From: Candidatus Woesearchaeota archaeon
GTDB taxonomy: Archaea; Nanobdellota; Nanobdellia; Woesearchaeales; UBA11576
NCBI GenBank assembly: GCA_043819495.1
Contig: JBDRET010000030.1
Span: 133,463 to 197,462 of the forward strand
DNA: 64,000 nucleotides
Direction: 5' to 3'
A model generated the notes under the pieces. It searched no databases and was not told where the DNA came from. It worked only from the letters and a program-made list of their open reading frames with translations. Position numbers and translations under genes: made by a program. This document shows positions 1 to 11,500 of the stretch, piece by piece (the first letter of the stretch is position 1; every line of letters begins with the position of its first letter).

Positions 1-457
1 CATCTGTCGCTGATTCCATGAACACCTGCAGCTTCTCCATGCTGAAGTCCTGCATGAATTCTGGAAGGCCTATCTCAAGCGGCTCCATAGGGATGTAAGT
101 TACGTCATTATACTTGAACGGTTTGTATCCTCTTACGATATTAGGATGTCTGATGCTTCCTAATATCTCTGCTTCACTCTCAAATGCTGTAGTTACCATA
201 TCTTCAAATGCAGTGAGCATGCCGGGTCGGGGATATTTTATTACGCGGGTCTTACCTGTACGATTATGTGTTGCGTATCTTGCTTCGGAGATCCCTCCGG
301 ATCCGCATACCTCACCGATAGTGTATCCTGCTATCTTTTGCCCAGCTCTGACTAGCCTTGCAGTGTCTCGTTCTATAGATTTGCCATATGCTCTCAGGGA
401 GCATGACATGTCTTTAGCGAGGTTCTCATCTTGGGACTTAAGAACCGTATGACCCAT
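1..457 (-). CDS. Hanks-type Ser/Thr protein kinase, N-terminal part (rest of gene lies left of the window)
   Basis: Absent from the ORF track because it runs off the edge. Reverse complement from ATG (457-455) reads MGHTVLKSQDENLAKDM...GYTIGEVCGSGGISEARYATHNRTGKTRVIKYPRP...ESEAEILGSIRHPNIVRGY. This shows a glycine loop, a VxK lysine, an alphaC Glu and an HPNIV motif. Confidence 0.75.
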   Translation of the reverse strand, partial: MGHTVLKSQDENLAKDMSCSLRAYGKSIERDTARLVRAGQKIAGYTIGEVCGSGGISEARYATHNRTGKTRVIKYPRPGMLTAFEDMVTTAFESEAEILGSIRHPNIVRGYKPFKYNDVTYIPMEPLEIGLPEFMQDFSMEKLQVFMESATD

Positions 458-744
458 ATCTCAACAGTGATTTTTTACTTCTGCCCGTTCTTAAATATTG
501 CTTATATATATTATGACAAAATGCAAATATTGGCTGGTGGGTACAGGCGGATACATGAGTAAAACAAAACATTTATTTATAAATGACAGGGCACAACCAC
601 TAGACATACGTAGATAGGGTTTTTAAAAAACTGCATTATTAGGCTGATGGATTCAGTGCGGTTTTTTAAGCTCAGAATTCCCTAAGAATTCTGTTGTTTA
701 AATGAAGAAGAGAGTCATATTCAATTCAAACGACCAGCCAGACA

Positions 745-3700
745 ATGGAGGCAATGAAACTAGCAAAAGCAGGAAAAATAACTCTGAAAGAGCAACCTGA
801 TGATGTTAAGCGTATCCTTAATACTCTGACCCCTACGATCCAGAGATGGTTCTTCTCGCGTTTCAAGGAATTCTCTCTTCCGCAGCTCTTTGCAGTGTAT
901 GACATCCACTGTAGGCAGAACATATTGGTGTCTGCACCTACTGGTGCGACAAAGACATTGACCGGTTTTTTGTCTATCTTGAATGAGCTTGTGGATCTCT
1001 CTGAGAAAGGGGCATTGGAAGATAGGGTGTATTGCGTATACATCTCGCCATTGAAAGCGCTCAATTATGATATAGAGCACAACCTCAATCGTCCATTGAA
1101 AGAGATTGAGGCATTGGCAGGCGAGCGGGGCATACGTGTCGGTGTAAGGACTGGCGATACTACGACGCAAGAGCGTGCCAAGATGACCAAGATCCCGCCG
1201 CATATACTGATAACCACGCCGGAATCTCTTGCTATCCTTCTTCAGTCAAAGAATTTTAGGGAGCATCTGCGGAATGTGGATTGGATGATAATTGATGAGA
1301 TACATGCTCTTGCAGAGAACAAGCGCGGGGTGCATCTCTCTTTGAGTATGGAGATGCTTCAGCGTCTCTCACCAGGCATGTGTCGTGTCGGTCTTTCAGC
1401 GACGATAGCTCCATTGGAAGATATTGCAGGTTATCTTGTGGGTTCAGAGCGTGACTGCAGGATTGTGGATGTGCAGTTCATCAAGCAGCTTGACCTCAAG
1501 GTGCTGTCGCCGGTCCCGAACTTGGTAGATACTACCCATGAGCGTATGCACCAGAAGATGTATGATCTTATTGATGGGCTCATCCAGCAGCATAAGACCA
1601 CGTTGATATTCACTAACACCCGTGCGGCGACAGAACGGATAGTGCATTACCTGAAGGATACTTTCCCTAAGAATTACACAGATGTGATTACTCCTGCAGA
1701 TGATACTGATTTTAATGCAGAGGTTGATATGAATGGAAATGGTAATGTTACATTAAAAACCAAAACAGATGACAAAGAAACTAAAACAGCTGAGCAACCT
1801 AAATCAGATGGAAAACTCACAGGCATTGGTGCGCATCATGGTTCATTATCAAAAACACATCGTCATAATATAGAACAGGGTCTGAGAGAAGGAAAGCTTA
1901 AGTGCGTCGTGTGTTTGGATGGCGGTACAAAAGTACTCAACAGTGATGGGACGTGGGTCAGGATTAAAGATGTTCATAAGAATTCAGTGCAGAGTATTGG
2001 TGCTGACCTTAAGGTGGGGTCTAATAAGATAAAAAATATCTTCAGAACAAAGAACGCTGATGGATTGTTGAAATTGAAAACAGTATTCGGTAAGGAGATT
2101 GTCTGCACAAAAAACCACAAATTCTTGACTATTGATGGTGCTGGCGAATTGATATGGAAAGAAGCGGCCAAGTTGGAAGAAGAAGATTTTGTGGCAACAA
2201 TAAGAAGATATGATTATGTGCGCTCAACTGAAGATGAACTGAACAAGTTTCTGTTCGAAAACTACCCTGATAATTATTATGCATTCTTAAAAGGATATTT
2301 TCTGAAGGATTTAAGGACAAAAATCAAGACGCAATATGTCCTGTTCAAGAGGTTCTGGGAGGAGCATTTTAAAGAGGACATATCTGACAATCAGTTTAAC
2401 AAGGTTTTAGCAGGTAAATATCCTTTCAAGATAGGTGTTCTAAAAAAAGTCTGCATGACATTGAGCATAGATGATCTTGAGGTTTTCCAGGCTATTGTTG
2501 CGGTTTCTTCAGCAAAATATAGGATGGAAAAACCGACTTTCAGTAAGAGCCTGATGCGATTGATAGGTTTTATGCTTGCAGATGGCTACTTGAGTGATGA
2601 ACGGTTCTTTGTAAGCAACAAAGACAAGACAGTTCTGAAACGGTACGGTAAAATAATCAAAAGACTATCATCAAGAGAACCTTTTTTCAAATTAAGCTCA
2701 ACAGGCACGCCTATTTTAGTATGGTCTTCTATGTTTCTCGTAGGGTTTTTGAAAAATTTGGGTTTCAAAATTGGACGGAAGGCGAGGGTGGTTAATATAC
2801 CTAATTTCATTTTTAGACTGCCTTCTGACCGGGTGTTTGAGTTTCTTTCAGGTTATTGGGATGGAGATGGTTATGTTGAAAGGAAGAAAGACAACAGGGT
2901 CTATGCTGCAGGATTTTGTACGACAAGTAAGGAGATGGCAGAGGATATATCTAGATTGTTATTGAGGGAAGGCATTTTGTCGTCCATCAGATCAAGATAT
3001 TATGATGAAGTCAGGGAATTGAAGACGGGTAGGAGCATCGTGAAAAAAGGCTGGTTTTATGATGTTGTAGTATTGGGAGGTGATAATCTCAGGAAATTCG
3101 CTGCAAACATGACGCCAGTCCGTCAGAATCTTAGAGTTATAAAGAATGTTCTGGCGCAAAGAGGTTATACGAACAGAGATGTGATACCTAATTTAGGGAA
3201 GAAACTTAGAAATTTAAGAAACAAAGTCAAAGTTTCAACATACAAGCTTCAAAAGTCAGGTTTAAATCCGATAAAGTATGAACTTGGTACAAGATGCATA
3301 AGCAGGAAACAATTAAGCCGACTATTGTCTATCTACAACTCAAATGATGAATTCTTGTTGAGGTTAACATCTTCAGATTTGTTTTGGGAACGCATTCAGT
3401 CTAAAAAGTGGGTTAAACCGACAGAATTTGTTTATAATATTGAAGTTGAAACTGATCATAATTATGTGGCAAATTCTTTTCTCACAAAAAATTGCAGCAC
3501 CAGTTTAGAACTGGGTATTGATATTGGTTATATTGATCTTGTAATCTTGCTCGGTTCTCCTAAATCAGTAGCGCGCGCACTTCAACGTGTGGGAAGATCA
3601 GGCCACCAGCTTCACTCAACAACAAAAGGAAGGATAGTTGTGCTTAATCGTGATGATCTTGTAGAGTGTTCTGTTCTCTTGAAGAGTGCGATGGAGAGGA

Positions 3701-5370
3701 AGATAGATAGGATACACATACCTGAGAACTGCCTTGATGTGTTGTCTCAGCAGATCTATGGCATCTGTATAACTGAGAGGCTCCACGTCTCAGAACTCCT
3801 TGCGATGGTCAGGCAGAGCTATTGTTTCAGAAGCCTCTCAGATGATGATTTCTATTCTGTGATACATTACCTCTCAGGTGATCATGTATCTCTGGAAGAC
3901 AGGCATGTATATGGCAAGATATGGCATGATCCTGACACGGGCATGGTAGGCAGGAAAGGTAAGCTTGCAAGTGTGATCTACATGACAAATATAGGGACCA
4001 TCCCTGACTCGACAGGTGTCACTGTCAAGGTCGGCGCTGAGATAATCGGGATGATCGATGAGTCTTTCCTTGAGCGTCTAAAGAGAGGGGATATATTTGT
4101 GCTCGGTGGTTCGACATATGAGTTCCAGTTTTCTAGTGGGATGGTCGCACAGGTTAAGCCTGCTATCGGCAGGAAACCTACTGTCCCTTCGTGGTTCTCT
4201 GAGATGCTGCCGCTGAGCTTTGATCTTGCTCAGGAGATTGGTAAGTTCAGACGGCTCATGAGGGATAAGTTCAAATCAGGCATGTCTCAAAAAGATGTGC
4301 TTGATTTCATAAATTCATATCTGTACGTGGATGAGAATGCTGCAAATGCGATCTATGAGTACATGCGTGAGCAGTATGACTTCGCAGTCATACCTAATGA
4401 TAAGGATATATTGATCGAGCAGTACAATGATGAGGATAAGAAGTATGCAGTATTTCACACGATGTATGGGCGGAGGGTGAACGATTGCCTTTCAAGGTCT
4501 GTCGCATTTGTCGTATCAAAGACATTGAAGCGCGATGTCGAGATTGGCATAACTGACAATGGATTTTATATCGCGTCCAAAAAAGCGATTCCTGCTGCAC
4601 GTGCGTTCTCTATGTTGGAATCAAAGAGGTTCCAGGAATTGCTTGAGTTGGCACTTGACAAGACGCAGGTATTGAGCAGGAGATTTCGGCACTGTGCTGG
4701 AAGGTCCCTGATGATTCTGCGGAGTTACAAGGGGCATCACAAGAGGGTAGGCAAGCAGCAGGTGTCATCGATGATACTCATGTCTGCAGTCAGGCGCATT
4801 TCAAAGGATTTTCCGATCCTAAAAGAGGCGAAGCGTGAGGTGCTTGAAGACCTGATGGATGTAAATAATGCGACGCGTATAATCCGGATGGTTGAGAATG
4901 GGAGCATCACTGTCAAGAGTATTGATACTACTATCCCGAGTCCTTTTGCTTTCAATCTTGTGCTCCAGGGACATCTTGATATGATCCGCATGGAAGACAG
5001 GATAGAGTTCCTCAAGAGGATGCATAAGTTGGTGCTTGCAAAGATATCTCTTGATCAGGGCAAGAAAGGCAATCTTGATGAGGATGTAAAACAAGTATAT
5101 GATGAGCTCTGGAAGGATCTTGAAATAGTTGATACTGAGAAAGGTAGGGAGCGTGAACGCCTCACCCGTCAGGCCTGGAACCTGAAAAAAGTGCCTATGT
5201 TTGCAAAGAAGGAGATTGTCCGTCTGATTGATGGTGAGCGGACAGGCATCCGCAAGGATTTCATCGCAGCTTTCCATAAGCATGAAGAGGACATAAAATC
5301 TACCTGGCCTCGTGATCTGAGGCTTGTCATTTCTAAGGCAGTCAAGGAAGTTGAGGAACAGGAGTCTTGA
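745..5370 (+). CDS. lhr: Lhr-type superfamily-2 ATP-dependent helicase, interrupted by an intein
   Basis: 1541-aa ORF. Motifs seen: APTGATKT (motif I), IIDEIHAL (motif II), LSATIA (motif III), motif V split as ...KLKCVV / CSTSLELGIDIG, and QRVGRSGH (motif VI). A long Lhr-like C-terminal region follows. Confidence 0.9.
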   Translation: MEAMKLAKAGKITLKEQPDDVKRILNTLTPTIQRWFFSRFKEFSLPQLFAVYDIHCRQNILVSAPTGATKTLTGFLSILNELVDLSEKGALEDRVYCVYISPLKALNYDIEHNLNRPLKEIEALAGERGIRVGVRTGDTTTQERAKMTKIPPHILITTPESLAILLQSKNFREHLRNVDWMIIDEIHALAENKRGVHLSLSMEMLQRLSPGMCRVGLSATIAPLEDIAGYLVGSERDCRIVDVQFIKQLDLKVLSPVPNLVDTTHERMHQKMYDLIDGLIQQHKTTLIFTNTRAATERIVHYLKDTFPKNYTDVITPADDTDFNAEVDMNGNGNVTLKTKTDDKETKTAEQPKSDGKLTGIGAHHGSLSKTHRHNIEQGLREGKLKCVVCLDGGTKVLNSDGTWVRIKDVHKNSVQSIGADLKVGSNKIKNIFRTKNADGLLKLKTVFGKEIVCTKNHKFLTIDGAGELIWKEAAKLEEEDFVATIRRYDYVRSTEDELNKFLFENYPDNYYAFLKGYFLKDLRTKIKTQYVLFKRFWEEHFKEDISDNQFNKVLAGKYPFKIGVLKKVCMTLSIDDLEVFQAIVAVSSAKYRMEKPTFSKSLMRLIGFMLADGYLSDERFFVSNKDKTVLKRYGKIIKRLSSREPFFKLSSTGTPILVWSSMFLVGFLKNLGFKIGRKARVVNIPNFIFRLPSDRVFEFLSGYWDGDGYVERKKDNRVYAAGFCTTSKEMAEDISRLLLREGILSSIRSRYYDEVRELKTGRSIVKKGWFYDVVVLGGDNLRKFAANMTPVRQNLRVIKNVLAQRGYTNRDVIPNLGKKLRNLRNKVKVSTYKLQKSGLNPIKYELGTRCISRKQLSRLLSIYNSNDEFLLRLTSSDLFWERIQSKKWVKPTEFVYNIEVETDHNYVANSFLTKNCSTSLELGIDIGYIDLVILLGSPKSVARALQRVGRSGHQLHSTTKGRIVVLNRDDLVECSVLLKSAMERKIDRIHIPENCLDVLSQQIYGICITERLHVSELLAMVRQSYCFRSLSDDDFYSVIHYLSGDHVSLEDRHVYGKIWHDPDTGMVGRKGKLASVIYMTNIGTIPDSTGVTVKVGAEIIGMIDESFLERLKRGDIFVLGGSTYEFQFSSGMVAQVKPAIGRKPTVPSWFSEMLPLSFDLAQEIGKFRRLMRDKFKSGMSQKDVLDFINSYLYVDENAANAIYEYMREQYDFAVIPNDKDILIEQYNDEDKKYAVFHTMYGRRVNDCLSRSVAFVVSKTLKRDVEIGITDNGFYIASKKAIPAARAFSMLESKRFQELLELALDKTQVLSRRFRHCAGRSLMILRSYKGHHKRVGKQQVSSMILMSAVRRISKDFPILKEAKREVLEDLMDVNNATRIIRMVENGSITVKSIDTTIPSPFAFNLVLQGHLDMIRMEDRIEFLKRMHKLVLAKISLDQGKKGNLDEDVKQVYDELWKDLEIVDTEKGRERERLTRQAWNLKKVPMFAKKEIVRLIDGERTGIRKDFIAAFHKHEEDIKSTWPRDLRLVISKAVKEVEEQES
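1912..3492 (+). mobile_element. Intein (527 codons) with LAGLIDADG homing endonuclease domain
   Basis: Starts CLDGGTKVL and contains TKNHKF (block B). Two LAGLIDADG motifs are present: LIGFMLADGYL and FLSGYWDGDGYV. EFVYNIEVETDHNYVAN matches block F. It ends SFLTKN followed by the +1 Cys of CSTSLELGIDIG. Excision restores helicase motif V. Confidence 0.85.
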
Positions 5371-5426
5371 TTTCTTTTTCTTATCTTTCAGTTGATAACT
5401 TAATCATTCCCTCATTTCCGATACTT

Positions 5427-5444
5427 CCGAAACCTTTATAAATA
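5427..5444 (+). promoter_or_regulatory. BRE/TATA promoter box for the 2037-aa surface protein gene
   Basis: CCGAAA-CC-TTTATAAATA. The same BRE(CGAAA)+TATA pattern recurs at 14256, 39467, 44401 and 50371. Confidence 0.55.
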
Positions 5445-5541
5445 TAAACAGTGTTTATTCAGGTATTTAGGGGGTTTGAAGAAGTCTAGGTACTTTTATC
5501 ATTCCATATCAGAAAAGGGTAAACCACACGAGGTGACTTAG

Positions 5542-8500
5542 TTGGTGGAAAAAAGCAGGTTGAACTATAAAATCTTTTCACACACAGCAGCTTCTAACCA
5601 TGGATTGTACATCCTTATTGCTCTTGTATTGTTCACGCTGTTTAGCGCCAGCTATGTGCTTGCTATCGTAAATCTTGTTGCTCCTGCGGATAGTGTCTCT
5701 TTGAATACGAATAATGATACCCTTGCATTCACCTTCAATTATACGAACGAACTCACAGGAACTGTCGACTGCAATCTCACTCTCAACACTTTCGTCGTAG
5801 GTTCACAGGCATCTGTTGTTGTCGATACGCTGTCTGCCATATATTCCAGCGCGGCTTTCCTTGAAGGTGTGAATCCATGGGATATCATCTGCTCAAATAC
5901 AACTGACACCAATGTTTCGTCAACTCGCAGTTTCACATTTGATTCCAATGCGCCGACAGCAGGGCCTACTACCGCAATGTTATCGCCATACGTATACAGC
6001 ACTTGGCTTGCTTGCAGCATCGGCGCACTCAACATAAGTGCGAGCTTCAACGACACCAATTCAGGCATCAACACAAGCTCCTGTGAATGGCAGGATAGGA
6101 GTCAGTACCCTTCAGGGAGCTGGAGGAATGATGTGACCGTATGGGAGGGCAACAGCACCCATGGATATTGTATATCTACGGGAGGAACCAGTACAGTTGA
6201 GCAAGACTATAACCTAAGGGTCCGTGCGCGAGACAATGCAGGTAACCTTGCCACTGCAGCCACGTATGCAGGAAACACTGACTGCACTGCACCTACAACA
6301 TCCAATAATGAGACCAGCGGCTGGCATAGTGCGTCATATACGGTAGAACTCACGTGCAGTGATCCTAAATCCGGATGCGCAAACATAAGCTACAATTACA
6401 ACTCTGGAGGATGGGTGACTGGCGGGCCAGGACCGATTGAAGTGACAATCGATGCTTTAGGCAATAATACTCTTGAGTACTATTCTACAGACAACGTAAG
6501 CAATACAGAGTCTACAAATACTGTGTATGCTGCCCTCTCTCTGCAGTGCGGCGACGTGATAACCAGTGACACGACACTACCTTCTGACCTAACAGGTTGC
6601 ACGGGCACAGGAATTACGATAGGCACTGCAGGCGTGACTCTCGACTGCAACGGTCATTACATCCAGGGCGACTATGTGAGCAGCGGGAATGAGTACGGCG
6701 TTTACATAACCGCAAATGGAGTCACGGTAAAGAACTGCACAATATACGGGTACAACACCAGTAGTGGAGTTGAGGCAGGAATCTATGCAACAGGCAGCAA
6801 CAACGTGCTCCTGCAGGACAATATTTTCTATAATAATTACTATGGTGCCTGGTTGGTCGGCGGTTCAGGATCCAACATAACTGGCAGCAACGTGTATGGT
6901 GCTATGTTCAAAGGTATATTTGTCGACACCGGCACGAGCAGCTTCAGGGTGACGGGCAGTAACATACATGATACCTACTCTTCAGCAGGGTCGAATGCTG
7001 CTGGAATCTCTGTTTACGCTTCAGGTATGGGTACTGTATTCGGCAACATATTGACAAACATGACTGGTGCTTCCAGCGGAATCATATCAGGTATACACAT
7101 ATTGGATGCCGGAAATATGAACATTTCAGGTAATACGATCAGCAGTCTCAATACGACAGGTATCTCAGTGAACGATCCGGGTGTGGGAGCTAACGGATTT
7201 ACTGTTGCGGATAACAGTGTCACGAACTGCACTAATGGCATCGGTGTCGCAGGAGCAAATCATAACATAACCCGAAACACCATTGCCAACAATACTGGCA
7301 CAGGCTTGTCTATAGATGAGAACACAGTTCATGTGTGGCATAACAACATATATGGAAATAGTGATAGTCAGATATATATCAATCCTATGGCAACGATTGA
7401 ACTGTCTCTTGGCAGCCAGGGAAATTATTGGGGTCACAGTTCTTGCCCTCTGTTCCTGACGTCAGATGTCAAGAATGGTTACACTACTGTTACGGACAGC
7501 TACGCATACAATGCAACAGATGGCTGGTCGACATATGGCACGCCTCCGACCTGTTCTAGGCCTAATGTGACTCTTGTGATGCCTGGTGTTAGTGGTGTGA
7601 GGATGTTTAACTCTTTCAACTTCTCAGTGAACGTGACTGATATCCAGCCTGTGCTCGGAGTCAGCATATCGAACGGGACTGCTGCGCAGTCTATGGCGAT
7701 GTCTGGCGCAGACCCGACAAATGCTGTATGGTGGGCTGTGGTATATCTGTCCGGTTTGAGTGATGGTGCTCAGAGCCTTTCCATCAACGCAACGAATTCG
7801 TACATGTATAATGATACTGAAGGCTTTGACGTGGTCGTGGACAACACAGCTCCTTCAGTCACTCCTTCGTCTCCCGTAAATAATTTTAATACGAGCATAG
7901 GGTCTTTCAATGCGGTGTTCACTGTGGCTGATGACTTGGCGACTAACATGTCTTGCAATGCAACACTCTACAACGCTTCAGGTAATCCTGTTTCAACGCT
8001 CGGGAATGACACTACAATCAATAATACTGCGACAACATTGCTTTTATCATTCGCAGCTCCTGGTGTCTATACATGGAACGTAACTTGTTATGATAAGGCG
8101 GGTTCGAATGTACTTACTATGGTCAATGGCAACGCAGGAAGTTCTGCAACAAGGACTGTGACGTATGATTTGACTCCCCCGATACCTACATCTATAAACA
8201 TATCAGAGCCGGATAATCTGGTGTCAGGGGTATTTCCAAATGAGAACATAACGCTAATCCTTGAATCTTCTGACGTGGGAGGTACTGGTGTTATGTATGT
8301 TGAGGCAAACTTCAGCGAAGTTACAGGAGATCTTGCTGACATGGTCAATATGACTCCCAATGGCACTCATTGGGTTGTTGTCTTTGAGACTGATACTTCA
8401 GATACTTCAGATATGGAGTTCGATCCGTTCAACGTGACTACAAGAGTGGTGGATTACGCAGGTAACGTTAATGACGCAGCGTTCTACACTGTCGTGCTTT

Positions 8501-11500
8501 ACAACATGACTCTCCTGTCTGGCGATCCGGAAGGTTGCGGCAACATCGTTGCTGGCTCGACCAACTTCGCGCTTGAGGATGATTGGAACGACATAGATAT
8601 AATATTGCTCATAGACATGAACTTCAGTCTTGCATGCGACATACCTGCGATGGCGGTGGATAACCAGTCGCATAGGGTGGCTAAGTTCAACTTCACCGGA
8701 ATGGACATGAACAGCGAGGCTGCATTCCAGCAGCTCGGCCAGTTCATGGAATCAGTCGATGTTGAAATAACTCCTGAAGGGCAGTTCGGCAACAGTAGGA
8801 TATCCCTTAATTCATCTGCCCTGGTTGACTTCAACACGACTTCAGTCATAACAATGTACGGGCTGCCTTTTGACAGTATGCCTACTGTTTTAGGTGATTA
8901 TGGCACTGCTGACAATGGCACGAGCATATCTTATGTCAAATATGTTGATACGGATACAGGTTACATCCTAGGAAATCTGACTTTCACAGTCCAGGGATTC
9001 TCAGGATACAATGTGTCTGACACTGCAAATCCATCGATAACTGTGAACGCACCTGCACCTAATATGACTACAGTTGGAGGTTCTACTCCTCTTGTTAACT
9101 TCACAGTCAACGGTACAGGCACTCAGGTGAGCTGGGTCCAGGTGTATCTTGACGGGACGGGATACAGCTACAATCCTGCAGACAGCCGCTATGAGGTGAC
9201 GTGCAATGCATCATCTCTAGGGTCTGAGCTGTATTACTGTAACCTGACCTCTTCATTGGATGATGGCGCGCACACGCTTAACATAACTGCATTTGACTAT
9301 GGTGGTGATGCAGGTAACAGTAACAATACTGTCTGGATATTCACCACTGATTCAAGCAGGCCTTCTGTGACCAATAATCAGACAAACTCTTCAGGAACTA
9401 TAAGGAGCACTGATTCGGTGCTTTTGAATGTTACAGCGACTGACAGTACCAATGTATCTAATGTCACTGCGGGTGGTGTATTGATGAGCAATCACACTGC
9501 AAGCGGTTATAACCTGAGTTCAACCCCTGCAGCATTAGGTTGCGGCCAGGGATGGTGTACAGTTTATTTCAACGCAACAGACTATTTCGGTAATTACAAT
9601 GATAGTGTGACTGTAAGCATGTTTGTTGATGATGCAGGTCCGGTTGTTACATCTGTTTCAGTGACTAACGCAACAAATGTCACTAGCGCAGTTGCCGTCA
9701 ACATACAGGCAACTGTGACTGATGTATCAGGTGTAGGGTCTGTTGTTGCAACAAATGGTAATATGATGTATCTGCTCAGCGGAAACATTTATCATGCAAA
9801 TCTGACTGCTGGCGATCTTGGTTGTGCATCTAATACTATATGTACAATAACAATAAATGCGTCAGACACTCTTGGTAACTACAATGACACTGAGACGACA
9901 TCTTATTATGTAGATGACACGAATCCTGCAGTGACGAGTCCATCAAGGAGTCCAGCTGAGGTGAAGTCCGCATCAGCATTATATCTCGGAACAGTTGTCG
10001 CAGATGTCAGTAATGTCACTTCGGTCGTTTCAAACAATAGTGTTGCTCTGACAAAGGGTGCGAGTAGCTGGAATGTAACAACTTCTGCGGGTGCACTTGG
10101 TTGCGCAGCAAATGCTGTATGTAATATAGGATTTACTGCAACTGATATGGCAGGCAATGTGAACAATAGCGTCACGACTACAGTTGCTGTGGATGATACA
10201 GTACCTGTTGCGACATTTGTATATAACAGCACTAACCTAATCAAGAGTGGAGATTCTGTTACGCTGAACATAACCGTGAATGAGTCAAATACTGTCGCGT
10301 CAGTCCAGGTGAACAGCCAGGATATGGATGATAACGGCGGTGGAAAATATGGGATCACTACAACAGGGACTACGCTGGGATGCACATCGACCGGAACCTG
10401 TACTGTGACCTTTGTCGCAAACGATACTGCAGGCAATTCAGGAACAACATCAACATCAGTGACTGTGGATAATGCAGGGCCAGTTGTCTCAGGTGCAAGT
10501 GTCACCAACACGACAAGCGGCAAGCAGAAGATAGGTACGGTGGTAAATATTGCTGCGACTGTCACAGATTCTCCTGCAGGTGTAGCTTCTGTCACTGTAA
10601 ACAGTACACCGATGTATCTGATGGGAGGTACCTGGCAGGCGAATGTAACTGGTACAGCACTTAGTTGTGCGGCGAACTCATTATGTACTTTATTGTTCAC
10701 TGCAACAGATACTCTTGGTAATGTGAATAACACTGTGACTACCAGCTACACAACAGATAACACAGCACCGACAAACCTTTCAGCTTTCAGTGCAAGCGGT
10801 ACGACTTCATCAACAGTCTCTGCGACAATGAATGAAGCTGCTAAGTTTACTGTGAACTATGGCACTAATGAGTCTATGCTGAACAGTTCTGCAAATAGCA
10901 GTTCTTTTGCTACTGCATTGGCGGTCTCGTTCAGCACGAGTGCTTCGACTGTGTACTATTACAACATAACTGATTGTTGGGATGAACTTGGCAATAGTCA
11001 GAATCTCAATGAAGGTCCGTTCAACTTCACCACATCTACAGCACCAACCGGTGGCGGTGGTGGCGGAGGAAGTGTTACAGTCACATCAGAGATTACGATT
11101 GGGGACCTAACTGGATCTTCGACAGAGATGGAGATGAGGAAAGGAGATGTGCTGAAATTCCGTCACAATGCGGAAGATCATCAGGTCAAAGTCAAGGCAT
11201 TAGGGAGCTCTTATGCAGATATTGAGGTCATGAGTGAGCCTCAGCTATTCCGGTTGTTCATAGGTCAGAGCAATGATGTTGATGTTGATGGTGACGCAAA
11301 GAATGACCTTACTGTGAAACTTCTTGATATAGCATACAATAAGGCGCTTGTCAAGGTGACTTCATTGGTGACAAAGGAAGCTAAGATCGCACTTTTGCCT
11401 CCTGCAAAGCGTACCCCGAAAGTGGTTGAAGAACCGGTTGTTGAACAGGTCACTCAAGTCACTGAAGAAGCAGCTCCAGTGCAGCCAGAGCCGGTTGCAG

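Noticed and set aside
114-452. 112-aa + strand ORF at the left edge
   Set aside because: It lies antisense to a much better reading frame, the kinase N-terminus with G-loop, VxK and HPNIV motifs reading from 457 leftwards. Its own sequence has no features.
9906-10733. 275-aa minus-strand ORF inside the 2037-aa surface gene
   Set aside because: It is a shadow ORF in the antisense frame of a Thr/Val/Ser-rich repeat region, with low-complexity content and no start context. The sense frame has clear domain repeats.
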